Shown piece by piece: positions 6,833 through 17,584 of a stretch of DNA of 64,000 nucleotides. Below the pieces are notes generated by a model. It was not told the origin of the DNA. It searched no databases and saw only the letters and a list, made by a program, of their open reading frames with translations. Made by a program: the position numbers and the translations under genes. Location of the stretch: positions 1 through 64,000 of IMG/VR virus record IMGVR_UViG_3300032073_000007; one strand, given 5' to 3'. Position 1 is the stretch's first letter, and the number at the start of each line of letters is the position of its first letter. Origin of the DNA: a virus.

Positions 6833-9386
6833 TTTTTGCTTCTCTTAACTTCATAAATATATTGGTTTCAATTGGATTTACCTTATCTACAAAAAAAGTA
6901 TCTCTGCTTTTAGACCCATTTAAAACAATCACTTTACCTTTTGCTAATTTAAACCCGCTTCTTAAGAAATCAGATAATCTTTCTTCTCTTGCGTTATCCA
7001 TGAATAGAAAGTTTTTTGTCGCTGTGTTATCACAAACTGATATCATCATGTATTTGTTACCATTTTGAGAAGTTCTAGTAAAGAAATCTTTCACCTCTCC
7101 TACAATTTGAAAAGTCTGCCTATCCACAAGATCTTCAATTTGTTTCAAATCAATTAGAGAAGAGAATCTGTCTTGGAAACACTCTCGTAGATTATGAGAG
7201 TAGCTATACCCCAGTAGGGAGCTTTCATACCTCCATTTAGCAAACATTTCATGCTTTTTATTTTGATTGTATATTTTTTTATACTCATCAAATTTCTTTT
7301 TAAATGTTTTAAATCTCTTATCTGACATTATAGGTCTATTGTCATCTCCTAGAGTTTGTTTCTCTAGCACCTCTGAGATCGCATTCAATATATCATAGCC
7401 AAACCTATCTCCGATTTTATCAAAATTTCTTTTTTCTCTATCTGTAAGGAGATTGAAAGCTTGGGCTTCAAGGACCATGCGAGTTCTGTTGGTTCCCGCA
7501 TGGTCCATTGTTCCAGCCTGTATTAAAGCAGCAAGGACTGATATGTTGATACCGCACTGCTTTGCAGCTAAAAAAACTTCATACTTATTGTTGAATTCCA
7601 TCCCCCTAAAATCAATAAGGCTTTCTATTGATTTAAGTGAAATACCCTTGATGCTATTTAACCCATAGCGAATGTTCCCATCTTCAATTGTAAACCCAAA
7701 TTCAGACTTGTATAAACAAGGAGGAAGCATTTCCATCCCAAAATCTGCGAGTTCTTCATTTACTCCAGAGACTGTCTGAAGAGGCTCTGGGTCAAACTCA
7801 GCGCACTCAAGAATAGATAGAAAAAATTCATGAGGATATTTATGTTTTAAGTAAACTGTTTTGGCCGCAAGGTCTGCATATGCAAAACTGTGAGACTTGT
7901 TAAAGGAATAGTGAGAAGCAGCCTCCAAAGAGTTCCAATAAAAGTCTGCGATTTCTTCTGTTAAATTTCTAGACTGAGCAGCATCATAGATCCTATCTTT
8001 CCATTTAGGCATTTCCTCTACCTTTTTCTTTCCAACAATCCTCCTTAAGACTTCTGCCTCCTCAAGCGTTAGTCCAAAAACTTTGTGTGCGATTTGCATC
8101 AACTGTTCTTGATACAAAATCACATTCTTTGACCAAGACAATATCGAATCAAGTTCTGGGTTTAAATCTAGTTTAGAAGGAAAATCTTTCTGTGTTTTAT
8201 ATACCCCGACAAATTCAAGAGCCGCTGGCCTAGCCAAAGCCACAACATCAGAAAGCTCATTTATGTCTTTTGGTTTTATTTCTCTACATACTTTAAAGTT
8301 AGTTTCTGCGGAGATTTGAAATAATCCCATAGGATGTTTAAAATCTTGTAGTATCTTATAAATCATTTCATCGTTCGCATCAATATCTTCAATATTAATA
8401 CCAACTTTTTTACAAGTTTTGTGTGCGATAGTCAAAGTTCTCAATCCTAAGATATCAAATTTTACCATAAGGTCTGCTACATCGTTCATGTCGTAACCAG
8501 TAACAATATCTCCGTCTTTTGTTCTCTGTAACGGAACAATGTTACCAATATCCTCTGAACAAATAGCGATACCAGATGGGTGGACTCCAGTGTTTTTAGG
8601 TAAGTTCTCTACCTTTAAGGCATTCTTAAATGTCTTTTTGTGTTTCTTTACCCATTTATTAAATTTATCACTATCTTCCCTCGCTTGATCAAGAGGAAAA
8701 ACAACGCCATGAAGCTTGGGTATCATATCAGAGACTTGATTTGCTTCATCCTCTTTGGCTTCGTCAAAATATTTAGTTGCTTCTCTTATGCAAAGTTTAG
8801 AACTAAAAGTATTAAATGTTAATATTTTTGCTGTTCTGCCTTTGTGTTTCTTCTCAATGTATTCAATAACCTTCCATCTCTGATCGTAAGAAATGTCTGA
8901 ATCTACGTCTGGCAATAAACTTCCAACAAGAAATTCCTTACCTCTTTTATCTAAGACTTTTTTGGCCCGTGATTTAGAGACAAATCTCTCAAAGAAAAGA
9001 TCATGAGGAATAGGGTCAATATTAGTCACCCCCAAAAGAAATAAAACCAAAGAGCCAGCAGCAGAACCCCTGCCAGCACCAGTAGGGATGTTGTTATCAT
9101 GGCAAAAATTTAAGACATCCCAGTTTAAAAGAATGTAGTCTGTAAATCCAAGCTCTTCAAAAGTTTCAAGCTCTTGTTTAGCCCTGTCGAAATAAATAGA
9201 TTTATTCTCGTATTTTGTTATACCCTTATCTCTTAACCCCTTCCTAGTTAACTCATACAAAATATCTTTTGTAGAACTCTCTGGATCGAGACCAATTTCT
9301 TCTAATTTTTTGATGCTGACAATTGTTTTGGGAAGCTCTACTCCCGCAGGTTCACAATCATCATATGGAGTAAAATCTTCAAACAT
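6825..9386 (-). CDS. dnaE: DNA polymerase III alpha core (no PHP domain)
   Basis: GAGRGSAAGS, PDVDSD, KFDILGL, YSFNKSH and a C-terminal OB fold; start MFEDF overlaps the upstream stop (TAATG). Confidence 0.93.
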   Translation of the reverse strand: MFEDFTPYDDCEPAGVELPKTIVSIKKLEEIGLDPESSTKDILYELTRKGLRDKGITKYENKSIYFDRAKQELETFEELGFTDYILLNWDVLNFCHDNNIPTGAGRGSAAGSLVLFLLGVTNIDPIPHDLFFERFVSKSRAKKVLDKRGKEFLVGSLLPDVDSDISYDQRWKVIEYIEKKHKGRTAKILTFNTFSSKLCIREATKYFDEAKEDEANQVSDMIPKLHGVVFPLDQAREDSDKFNKWVKKHKKTFKNALKVENLPKNTGVHPSGIAICSEDIGNIVPLQRTKDGDIVTGYDMNDVADLMVKFDILGLRTLTIAHKTCKKVGINIEDIDANDEMIYKILQDFKHPMGLFQISAETNFKVCREIKPKDINELSDVVALARPAALEFVGVYKTQKDFPSKLDLNPELDSILSWSKNVILYQEQLMQIAHKVFGLTLEEAEVLRRIVGKKKVEEMPKWKDRIYDAAQSRNLTEEIADFYWNSLEAASHYSFNKSHSFAYADLAAKTVYLKHKYPHEFFLSILECAEFDPEPLQTVSGVNEELADFGMEMLPPCLYKSEFGFTIEDGNIRYGLNSIKGISLKSIESLIDFRGMEFNNKYEVFLAAKQCGINISVLAALIQAGTMDHAGTNRTRMVLEAQAFNLLTDREKRNFDKIGDRFGYDILNAISEVLEKQTLGDDNRPIMSDKRFKTFKKKFDEYKKIYNQNKKHEMFAKWRYESSLLGYSYSHNLRECFQDRFSSLIDLKQIEDLVDRQTFQIVGEVKDFFTRTSQNGNKYMMISVCDNTATKNFLFMDNAREERLSDFLRSGFKLAKGKVIVLNGSKSRDTFFVDKVNPIETNIFMKLREAKNG

Positions 9387-10000
9387 TACAGGTTCATGTG
9401 TTTTTTTAATTTTAAGAAAATTTGATAACACATCTTAATGTCATACAAAGCGTCATGTAATTTATCTTCTTCAAAATCTATGTCGAAAAACTTTAGCAAT
9501 TGGTTTTGTGAAACCTTTGCTTTCAGACTTCTGTCATTCATAATTTTGTATTGCCAACCTAAAAAATCACTTTTTGGTTTATCCAACTCCTCTCTGTATG
9601 CTTTCCCCAAGGCTCTGGTATCATATATTCTTGGCAAGTAAGAATAATCTGGCTCTTGCCCAAGCATTCTTTGCAGGTGAGAAATCATATATACATCAAA
9701 GCCCAATAAGTTCTGACCAACAACGATGTATTGTGGATCAAATAAATACCGTTCAAACTGAGACCAAACAGAAATCAAAGATTCTGCTTTTTCATTGTAT
9801 GTGTCCCAATTAAATCCAGTTAGTTCCCTGACAACCTCTGGTATATTTAACTCCTTGTGTTTTATGAATTTGTCATGTGTCTCAATGACATTTCTCCCCT
9901 GACATATTATCCAAGATAATTGCCAAGTTTTAGACGAGTGTAAATTTAAGCCTTCTGTTTCTGTATCGAAGACGAGATATTTTTGATTACTTGGCAACAT
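9386..10000 (-). CDS. DEDDh 3'-5' exonuclease (DnaQ-like)
   Basis: VFDTETEG, GQNLLGFD and HDALYD. Confidence 0.9.
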   Translation of the reverse strand: MLPSNQKYLVFDTETEGLNLHSSKTWQLSWIICQGRNVIETHDKFIKHKELNIPEVVRELTGFNWDTYNEKAESLISVWSQFERYLFDPQYIVVGQNLLGFDVYMISHLQRMLGQEPDYSYLPRIYDTRALGKAYREELDKPKSDFLGWQYKIMNDRSLKAKVSQNQLLKFFDIDFEEDKLHDALYDIKMCYQIFLKLKKHMNL

Positions 10001-10688
10001 TTTCTAAAAAGGATTCGTAGCTAAATTCATCGGAACAAAAATCATTTAGTCTTGGGTTACTATATGTAGGGATTCTACCCTGTTTGCGAGAGCAAATAGC
10101 TTTATACATTTGGAATGCTTCAAAGTCTTCTTTATCTCTGTAGTAAATACTCTTTGCTTTTTCTGTTTTTACACCTAGCTTTTTTAGAGCTTCACTAATT
10201 TGAAAATCAAAGGGATGATTGTTAGATTCTTCTATGTAAAAATGGTCGTATTTATCTAAGGAGAGTTCACACATCCCAAAATGAAAAATATTGTTGAAGA
10301 CGTAAGAATCATAAAAGGGGACTCCAATACTAATGTCATCAAGTTCACCATTGTTTAAATCATCAAGATGAAGACATTCTCCCTCGCTGGTATAACACTT
10401 TGTATACAGTTTCCTAGCTACAGCAACCCCTTTATTGTTCTTTGGGAAGAAAATTAATTTACTTGGCTTTTCCAAATAAAAACTAGATTGCACAACAGGC
10501 AGTTTAACACCAAAAACCATAGGAACATCGGTATTTAAAAATGCTTTATTGATAACTCTAAACCCGTAGAAATTATCTTCTACTAGAATCATCTTTTTAA
10601 TCTCGCCAGACTGGGCGATGTCTACTAAATCTTCCACCCTTAACAAAGATCTACCTATGCTAAAAGTGCTTTTGAATAATGGTATCAC
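9987..10688 (-). CDS. Stand-alone PHP domain of Pol III alpha, metal ligands degenerate
   Basis: FKSTFSIGRSLL / ED..YGF / FGVKL / FFPKNNKG resemble the DnaE N-terminus; context. Confidence 0.75.
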   Translation of the reverse strand: MIPLFKSTFSIGRSLLRVEDLVDIAQSGEIKKMILVEDNFYGFRVINKAFLNTDVPMVFGVKLPVVQSSFYLEKPSKLIFFPKNNKGVAVARKLYTKCYTSEGECLHLDDLNNGELDDISIGVPFYDSYVFNNIFHFGMCELSLDKYDHFYIEESNNHPFDFQISEALKKLGVKTEKAKSIYYRDKEDFEAFQMYKAICSRKQGRIPTYSNPRLNDFCSDEFSYESFLENVAK

Positions 10689-10694
10689 TCCCGT

Positions 10695-10723
10695 AAATTA
10701 GAGTAACTCGACACGCTTGTCAA
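10695..10723 (-). promoter_or_regulatory. sigma70-type promoter of the polymerase operon
   Basis: TTGACA-N17-TAATTT, 6 nt before the GTG start. Confidence 0.55.
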
Positions 10724-11738
10724 ATGAAAAAGCTGGGCAGCCATCATATTTCACCTTTTCAATCTTCAAATCTTTGGTCTCTTTACCTTTAAGATCTTTT
10801 TTAAGGTCTGCTGATGCTATTCTTACGCCGTTTTTATCAACTAAAGTATAAAATTCTCTTGGGAACTTAAACGGACAATGCCACATCGGTGTGCCATCTT
10901 TCTTAAGTTGTCCAGCATAATCTGCTCTACCGCAAACAACTCTTCCTGCAAACCCGTCATCTCTTCCTAAATAACCCTTGTCGTAGGCTAAATTTTTTGC
11001 AGCTAAAACCTCATTAAAATTATTAATAATTTGCTGAATTTCTGTTAAAAAATACTCAAAACCCTCTAATTCGTCATCTTCTAAAGGCTCCATTGTGCAA
11101 TTGCCCTCGTTGTTGCAATCAAACTTTAAAAACAAAAACTCCATCTGGCGTTTCAAGAATTCTGGATATAGATGTTTTACAGCTAAACAATACATCAGGT
11201 TTTGCATATTGTCTGTATAGTCTTTCCCTGAAAAGATTTGTTTAGATGTTTTAAAATCTCTAATGACTGCTTGCTTTTTCCTTTTGAAAAGGAATAGCTT
11301 ATCAATAAATCCTAATATTCTGTAATTTTTAGCTCCTTCTGATACAGATATATCAAAGTCTTTTTCACTTATTGACTCTGAAGGTTTTCCATCCTTATCT
11401 CCAAAGAAATCAAAGTTCAGACCCTCTACAGTCATCTGATTGATCAGATCCATGTTCTCAAAATCATCTATATTGTGCTTTTTTGCATAAGATTCTATCA
11501 TCCTTTTTACAGGTGGAGAGGCATAAGCATTTTGTGTCTTTACAATCCTAGTATAGTGTTTTCTATGTTTTGGATTACCAAGATTTTCAAACACAGCATG
11601 GCAGATTGTCCCGCGCAGACTTCCTTCATTAGACTTGTCTGGCAATTTTAAATGATACTTGCACCAATACTGCCAAGAACACATCTGAAGTGTCTTTATC
11701 CGAGATGCTGAGAGAGGCTTGTTATCAGAATTCGTCAT
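10698..11738 (-). CDS. PD-(D/E)XK exonuclease (RecB/AddB/Cas4-like)
   Basis: LSASRI..C, GTICH, GFIDKL, DFKTSK and C-terminal cysteines. Confidence 0.85.
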   Translation of the reverse strand: MTNSDNKPLSASRIKTLQMCSWQYWCKYHLKLPDKSNEGSLRGTICHAVFENLGNPKHRKHYTRIVKTQNAYASPPVKRMIESYAKKHNIDDFENMDLINQMTVEGLNFDFFGDKDGKPSESISEKDFDISVSEGAKNYRILGFIDKLFLFKRKKQAVIRDFKTSKQIFSGKDYTDNMQNLMYCLAVKHLYPEFLKRQMEFLFLKFDCNNEGNCTMEPLEDDELEGFEYFLTEIQQIINNFNEVLAAKNLAYDKGYLGRDDGFAGRVVCGRADYAGQLKKDGTPMWHCPFKFPREFYTLVDKNGVRIASADLKKDLKGKETKDLKIEKVKYDGCPAFSFDKRVELL

Positions 11739-12771
11739 AATGGAATGAATTTTTCTTTACAAGCTTTGAATAAGAAGAAGAAAAACTTTTGTTTACACCT
11801 CTGTCATTCATGCCCTTTGCTATAGAAATAACTTTAGACATTGACTCTTGATGTTGAACATTATAGCAGTCTAGACTGTATTTTTCTATTTGATTTTTGC
11901 TCATCTCTCCAAAGTCATTTTGTTCGGGAGGGATAAAATAAACTTTATCAAAATCAATTGATTCGACCAATTTAAAAATAGATTTAATTGCGCCTTCAAA
12001 TCCTCTGTTTATAGATGAGGTGTGATCATTATTAAATGATATAAAAACTTTTTTTACAGGAAGAAGGGAAAGCCTTGCTATAAATTTGGGTGATATATTT
12101 AAGCCAAAAGACACAAGAACATTTTTGATGCCATTGTCATAAAGAGACAAACAGTCTCCCACAGATTCTACAATATGAACAGCCTCTTTCTCTGCTATCG
12201 CTTCTTGAACTTTATCTACATTGTAGTATGGAAAAAACCAACTAGATGATTTGCCCATGTGGAGCCACTTTGGTCTATCATCATTCGTTACTTTTCTTCC
12301 AGAGAACCCATGTATTCTTCCATCTTTCCTAAAGACAGGAAATATTATTCTCTGATACATTTTCCCAGACATTGCTAGGCCGCATTTAAAGTCTTGGAGA
12401 GTTTCTTTGCTGATCCCTTTTTCTAGATAAAAATCATGATGAGGAAGAAGGCGAGTTAATACCTTTTTGGAAAATGTTTTTTCTTCTTTCAATAGGTGTT
12501 TTTGCTTGATTCTTGCTCCTATATTTACACCATTATCCTTTAAATAGTGCTTTACAGCATTTACATCTTTGGTGTTTAAGGTCTTTTGTAAAAGAGCCTC
12601 GAAAGGCATAAACTGAGAGTCTTCTACATAATCTTTCCAGACTCCAGTATCCTTATAGATCTGAAGGGCTGTAGAATTATCACCAGATCTGTATACTGCA
12701 TTAGTTCTCCAATATGATCCGTGATCCTTGAGACGATACCCAAGGTTTTCTAGCACCTCTTTATAATTCAT
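11725..12771 (-). CDS. DNA primase (DnaG-like, TOPRIM)
   Basis: RIIFPV, GFSGR, PKW, IVESVGD and FNND. Confidence 0.85.
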   Translation of the reverse strand: MNYKEVLENLGYRLKDHGSYWRTNAVYRSGDNSTALQIYKDTGVWKDYVEDSQFMPFEALLQKTLNTKDVNAVKHYLKDNGVNIGARIKQKHLLKEEKTFSKKVLTRLLPHHDFYLEKGISKETLQDFKCGLAMSGKMYQRIIFPVFRKDGRIHGFSGRKVTNDDRPKWLHMGKSSSWFFPYYNVDKVQEAIAEKEAVHIVESVGDCLSLYDNGIKNVLVSFGLNISPKFIARLSLLPVKKVFISFNNDHTSSINRGFEGAIKSIFKLVESIDFDKVYFIPPEQNDFGEMSKNQIEKYSLDCYNVQHQESMSKVISIAKGMNDRGVNKSFSSSYSKLVKKNSFHYDEF

Positions 12772-14309
12772 TAAGCTCTGAGATTTATGGGTATTTCTTC
12801 TGTCTCATTTGTATTTACCTCAATGCCTCCACCATTAAAAGCATTTACGATATCTTGCAAATCTCCACACTCAGTAATCCTAAAGTTTTCTATATTTAGA
12901 TTAATAAAGTTTTGTTTTTTAGACCCATCTGGCATCTCTACAGGATGAATAGCTCTTAAAGCGTCTCTACCAAGATGCCTACACTTAAGATTGATCAGCT
13001 TATGACTACCGAAATTAGCTCCCTCCTCATGTATCTCATCTGCAACTTTTCTTCGAAGTAGGAAAAGATGAGAACAAAACTGAGTAATACCGTCAGACAA
13101 TGAAACAACGCTTTCATCATCAACTATGCCACCTGCTCCTCTATTATTGGTGATACCCAACCTGTTGGATTGCACGGAAGTGAGCATTGAAACACACGGC
13201 TTTCCGTCAAAAGATAAGTCTCTCTGGATGGTTTGCTTAAATTTATGAACCATATAAGAAACTTGTTGCCAGCCATCTACCTTCCCAATGCTGCCAAAGT
13301 CACTCTTAATATAGTCAAAGCTAAAAATTAAAGGATTGCCTCGCCCTATCTTAGAGAAGTAAAATCTTTTAAGAAGAGAACACATTTCATCTGGAGATAA
13401 TCCAGCAACATTCTCATAGTAAAACTCCATGTCTTTGATTTTACTCCAAGCAGACCTTACTTTAGCAACCACCTGATCTACTGTAAAATCTTTGTATCCT
13501 GTAGTCCTCCATTTACCTGTCTGTAAAAGCCAGACGGGAATACCTGTCATAGCAGAACACTGTCTAAAGATAAGCTCTTCCTCGCTCATTTCACCATTAT
13601 CAAAGTGAAGAACGGGAACATCATGTTCAGCAGAAACCCTTGTTGTGTAATCCATACAAAAGTTTGTCTTACCTACTCCAGACCTTGCCACAATAACAGA
13701 GATGTTACCAGCAAGCAGTAATGACCCATACATCTCATTAATTCTTGGATGAGGGCCAAGCATACCAAAGTCCTCTACAGGATTTTCACCTCGATCCTCG
13801 ACAAGATCTTCCATCATGTCGAACAAGTTGACAGGGCCAGCTTCTGTCATCTCAAAATCTTTTATGTTTTTATTATAAAGTTGATCAGACTGCTCTATAA
13901 GTTCTCCATACTTAAGATTAGGGTCTGCATTCTTTACAAAGTTGGCAACCTTCTTGCAACTCGTATATATTTCCCTACGAGCGCTATATTTTTTAAGTTC
14001 TTTTACAGAGCTTAAGAAAATGTTTTCTGTAATCTTATAGAATGCTAAAGAGAAAACATACTCCGCGACATCTACACTGTCAGGAAAAGTAACTTTTAAC
14101 TGTTGTATTCTCTGAACAAGGATTGTCTCATCAATACTTTCTGCATTATCAAGTGCATTTTTTAAAAGTTTGAATATTGATACATTTACTTTTGAATCCT
14201 CTGAGTAAAAATCACCATCATTAACAAAGCTAGAGATTTCTTCCCACTTATGTTGATGTTGAAGAATACCACTTAAAACCTTTTTTTCTAAATCGAAAGA
14301 ATAAATCAT
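12771..14309 (-). CDS. dnaB: Replicative DNA helicase
   Basis: ARSGVGKT, GEMS, FDYIK and Q.NR. Confidence 0.9.
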   Translation of the reverse strand: MIYSFDLEKKVLSGILQHQHKWEEISSFVNDGDFYSEDSKVNVSIFKLLKNALDNAESIDETILVQRIQQLKVTFPDSVDVAEYVFSLAFYKITENIFLSSVKELKKYSARREIYTSCKKVANFVKNADPNLKYGELIEQSDQLYNKNIKDFEMTEAGPVNLFDMMEDLVEDRGENPVEDFGMLGPHPRINEMYGSLLLAGNISVIVARSGVGKTNFCMDYTTRVSAEHDVPVLHFDNGEMSEEELIFRQCSAMTGIPVWLLQTGKWRTTGYKDFTVDQVVAKVRSAWSKIKDMEFYYENVAGLSPDEMCSLLKRFYFSKIGRGNPLIFSFDYIKSDFGSIGKVDGWQQVSYMVHKFKQTIQRDLSFDGKPCVSMLTSVQSNRLGITNNRGAGGIVDDESVVSLSDGITQFCSHLFLLRRKVADEIHEEGANFGSHKLINLKCRHLGRDALRAIHPVEMPDGSKKQNFINLNIENFRITECGDLQDIVNAFNGGGIEVNTNETEEIPINLRA

Positions 14310-14539
14310 ATGCTTATGTCATCGTCTTTTTTGCTCATGGCTAACTCTATTAGTTTGCCAAGAGCCATATCAACGCAAGGGTTTTCTGTTTTACTTGTCA
14401 TGCTGGGGCAACCTTCTCTATTGACATAAAGTAATATAAAGCCCTTGTTCCCCCCATTTGCTGATCCTGTAGAGTCGTAAACTTTATCTAGCAATGATTG
14501 AGGTATTCCTCCACTACCTTCTTCTGCTTCTATGTTCAT
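14306..14539 (-). CDS. Hypothetical protein
   Basis: 77-aa ORF translationally coupled on both sides. Confidence 0.75.
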   Translation of the reverse strand: MNIEAEEGSGGIPQSLLDKVYDSTGSANGGNKGFILLYVNREGCPSMTSKTENPCVDMALGKLIELAMSKKDDDISI

Positions 14540-14952
14540 TTTAAAAGTTCTATTAAGTTTTCAGGGTATTCTGATGAGTCTATGACATCAGACTCTAATA
14601 CTCTGATCAGTTTGATATTATTAATATCGCAAAAATATTCTTTCTTCTCATCTCTCTGTAATTGATGAAGAAACTTCTGTCGAGAGTCAGAGTGAAAAAA
14701 ACGATTAAACTTGTAGTGCTGATTGCCGTCTACTTCAATAGCAATCTTTTGAGTAGCATTATAAAGATCTAATGTCATTCTTGTGCCAGCAACAGGAAAC
14801 TCTTCAAAGACAACATCTGCAAACCAGTATGGTTTGACTTGATCCTTTACGTCTTTTTGTATTCCGCTTCGACACTTGGAGTCCCAGTCAATAAGGTATT
14901 TGCTGACATTTTTTATTTTTTTCTCTCGGCCATTTGAACATAAAAATATCAT
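14536..14952 (-). CDS. Vsr/DUF559-like endonuclease
   Basis: LDLY..IAIEVDGNQH..RDEKK..IKLIRV. Confidence 0.8.
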   Translation of the reverse strand: MIFLCSNGREKKIKNVSKYLIDWDSKCRSGIQKDVKDQVKPYWFADVVFEEFPVAGTRMTLDLYNATQKIAIEVDGNQHYKFNRFFHSDSRQKFLHQLQRDEKKEYFCDINNIKLIRVLESDVIDSSEYPENLIELLK

Positions 14953-16076
14953 TGCTTAAGAATGTTCTCTTTTATGAAATCTACTAATAGTGCAGTAATT
15001 TTATCATCTGACTCTAGGAACTCATAAACTGATTTAATCCCTTGGTAAGAGTCCTTAACTTCAATTTGGTTTTCTTGTAAAAGAGTTTTTATCTTTTCAT
15101 CAACCTTAATCCAAGCCCCCGATTTCTCTAGGTAGCCCCACATTAAGAGCATGTCAACTACCTCTCTCTCAAGCCAAATAGATTTACCATTGCTTCGACC
15201 ATGCTTGATTGGATAAGCAACAATTTGTCCTGTGGCTTCATTGGTTGATTTTAAGATTAGAACCTTGGCATTATGCCCATAAATTTTATTATCAGGAGTG
15301 ATTTGCTCGGTTGGCTTTTCTAGTATCTTATCACCTTTATTTTGCTTTTTAAATTCCAAAATCCAATCTGGGTAGTGCAAAATCGCATTTCCTCCACTGC
15401 TGTTTGTCTGGTTGTTTGGATCTTGCTTGGCATACATACTTGTAGTGATTGTGGATCTAACCTGAGAAATCATAATGCACATGTGTCCAAACTTACTCAT
15501 GCCCAAGCTTACTCTTTTTAAGAAGTCAGAAGTCATTAATGCTCCCCCCGCAACTTTTCTAGCATCAGAAGAACCCTTCTCTAGATCTTCTTTTGTGATT
15601 AGACCGTCCATGCTGTCAATTACAATACAGAATTTTTCTTTGTCTGGATTGTTTTTAAGCAATCCTCTCAGAAAATCAATCATAGTATCCATAATATGAC
15701 ATTCAAGAATTAGGCATGTTCCCACATCCCAATCTTCTGCTGAATGAACAAACTTGATGCCCGCTCTATCTTTAACGTCTTGACTTAATCTACCTTCAGC
15801 CATGACAAAAAGACCCTTAGAGTTTTCCACTGTCTTGAGCATATTGTGCATCACATGCAAAGCTTCATTTGTTTTGCCTCCCTCGTTTGCTCCAATAAAC
15901 CTATGTAATCCTGACCCAAATCCTCCACTCAAAACATGGTCCAAAATTAGAGATCCACTAGAGACTAGATAAGGTTCTGCGCCCTCTTCTAGATTGTAGT
16001 GATAATCTTTGTTTGATTTAAGGAACGCTTCTGTATAATCTTTTGATCCGCTGCTTTTCTTCTTCATCTTAGTCAT
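14949..16076 (-). CDS. RecA/UvsX-like recombinase
   Basis: SSGSLILD.VLSGG, GANEGGKT, IVIDS, ISQVR and SGGNA. Confidence 0.85.
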   Translation of the reverse strand: MTKMKKKSSGSKDYTEAFLKSNKDYHYNLEEGAEPYLVSSGSLILDHVLSGGFGSGLHRFIGANEGGKTNEALHVMHNMLKTVENSKGLFVMAEGRLSQDVKDRAGIKFVHSAEDWDVGTCLILECHIMDTMIDFLRGLLKNNPDKEKFCIVIDSMDGLITKEDLEKGSSDARKVAGGALMTSDFLKRVSLGMSKFGHMCIMISQVRSTITTSMYAKQDPNNQTNSSGGNAILHYPDWILEFKKQNKGDKILEKPTEQITPDNKIYGHNAKVLILKSTNEATGQIVAYPIKHGRSNGKSIWLEREVVDMLLMWGYLEKSGAWIKVDEKIKTLLQENQIEVKDSYQGIKSVYEFLESDDKITALLVDFIKENILKQ

Positions 16077-16512
16077 TTAAAAAATCTCTTAATGTTTTCG
16101 TTTTCTTTCTCACTATATCTTCTCCCGATTTCACTCCAGTGTCAACAAATTTATCTTTCTCAGGAGGCTTGTAATAAAACTCCTTATGCTTCTTTTGTAA
16201 ATACTCTTTACCATCTTTTGTTAAAAAGTATTTAATTGTATTTTTAAATACAAATGGTGGTTTTACCTTCGACAAAAAATCAGTGTCGTTTTCAAAACAC
16301 TCAAAAACTTTTGTCGCAGTATGCATCTCCATTCTCCAGTCAGTTGCTTTTGAGCCAGCAAGCATTCTCTTAACAAATTCTCTACGTTCTGTAAAGAATG
16401 GTTTTGCTTGCTTCTTCTTGACTGGAAGAAATTTATGCCCACATTGGCATAAGCTAGCTCTAGCACCAACTATTGCTTTGCAGGATGGACAGGTCTTTTT
16501 ACCCCTTGGCAT
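16069..16512 (-). CDS. Hypothetical protein with N-terminal zinc ribbon
   Basis: CPSC-x10-CQCGH; promoter TTGACT-N17-TATATT 6 nt upstream. Confidence 0.7.
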   Translation of the reverse strand: MPRGKKTCPSCKAIVGARASLCQCGHKFLPVKKKQAKPFFTERREFVKRMLAGSKATDWRMEMHTATKVFECFENDTDFLSKVKPPFVFKNTIKYFLTKDGKEYLQKKHKEFYYKPPEKDKFVDTGVKSGEDIVRKKTKTLRDFLND

Positions 16513-16538
16513 AAAGCCAATATAGACTGATTAAGAAC

Positions 16539-17576
16539 TTAAGTCAATAGCTCTATGTCATGTTTAACCATTTTATTGACTAGCTGAAGAAAATTTGTCT
16601 TAGGCTCCCAACCAAGCTCACTTCTAGCTAATTCAGAATTTCCTAAAAGAAGCTCGACTTCTGCTGGTCGATAAAATTTAGGATCTACCTCCATAAGAAG
16701 GTCATCTCCGTGATAATATCTTGTGTCAACTCCTTCTCCTTCCCATCTACATATTGATCTGTGAAAGCCCCCAAAATTAAATGCTTCCTCTACAAACTCT
16801 TTAATCGTGTGTGTTTCATCAGAAGATAACACATAATCTTTTGGTTTTTCGTCTTGATGTAACATTTTCCAAACGCCATCTACAAAATCTTCTGAATCAC
16901 TCCAATCTCTCTTGGATTCGACATTACCTAATCTCAAGGGTTCAAAGTCTTCTTTGCGACCAAACTCATTAACAATACGAGCTACATTTTGAGTGATCTT
17001 TCGAGTAACAAATTCTACTCCCCTCCTAGTTCCTTCATGATTAAAGAGCCAGCCTTGGACAGCATACAAATCATAAGAATCCCTGTAAACCTTTACAAGA
17101 TGTCTAGCGGCGCACTTAGCTGCTCCATACGGGCTTCTGGGGCGTAGTGGGTGCGTCTCGTCTTGTGGTGTAGACACAACATCACCAAATTCTTCAGACG
17201 AGCCAGCATTATAATATCGGCAGTGAGGAACGTGTTTTCTGATCGCCTCTAATTGATGCAAAACAGCCATAGCATTAGTCTGCATGTGATTGACAGGCAT
17301 TTCCCAACTTGAGCCTACGAATGAATTAGCGGCAAAATTTATAAGGTAATCTGGTTTGTGCTTAGAAATAACCCTGTCGATGTTTTCTGCATCTGTCACA
17401 TCTAAGTCGATCAGAGAAAACCTAGGGTTATCCATTAAGTGTTCTATGTTATCATGATTTTGAACACTAAGCCTACGAACTCCTGCAATAACCGTGTGAT
17501 CTGTTTCTTTCAATAGGTAGTCTGCCATGTGACTACCATCTTGACCTGTTACCCCTGTAATAATAACTTTTTTCAT
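16539..17576 (-). CDS. gmd: GDP-mannose 4,6-dehydratase
   Basis: ITGVTGQDGS, AANSFVGSS, PRSPYGAAK, LFNHEG, FVTRKI and FYRPAEV. Confidence 0.95.
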   Translation of the reverse strand: MKKVIITGVTGQDGSHMADYLLKETDHTVIAGVRRLSVQNHDNIEHLMDNPRFSLIDLDVTDAENIDRVISKHKPDYLINFAANSFVGSSWEMPVNHMQTNAMAVLHQLEAIRKHVPHCRYYNAGSSEEFGDVVSTPQDETHPLRPRSPYGAAKCAARHLVKVYRDSYDLYAVQGWLFNHEGTRRGVEFVTRKITQNVARIVNEFGRKEDFEPLRLGNVESKRDWSDSEDFVDGVWKMLHQDEKPKDYVLSSDETHTIKEFVEEAFNFGGFHRSICRWEGEGVDTRYYHGDDLLMEVDPKFYRPAEVELLLGNSELARSELGWEPKTNFLQLVNKMVKHDIELLT

Positions 17577-17584
17577 TCCAAGCT

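Noticed and set aside
10698-11738. Cas4 of a CRISPR-Cas system
   Set aside because: No other cas genes or array; the context is replication and recombination
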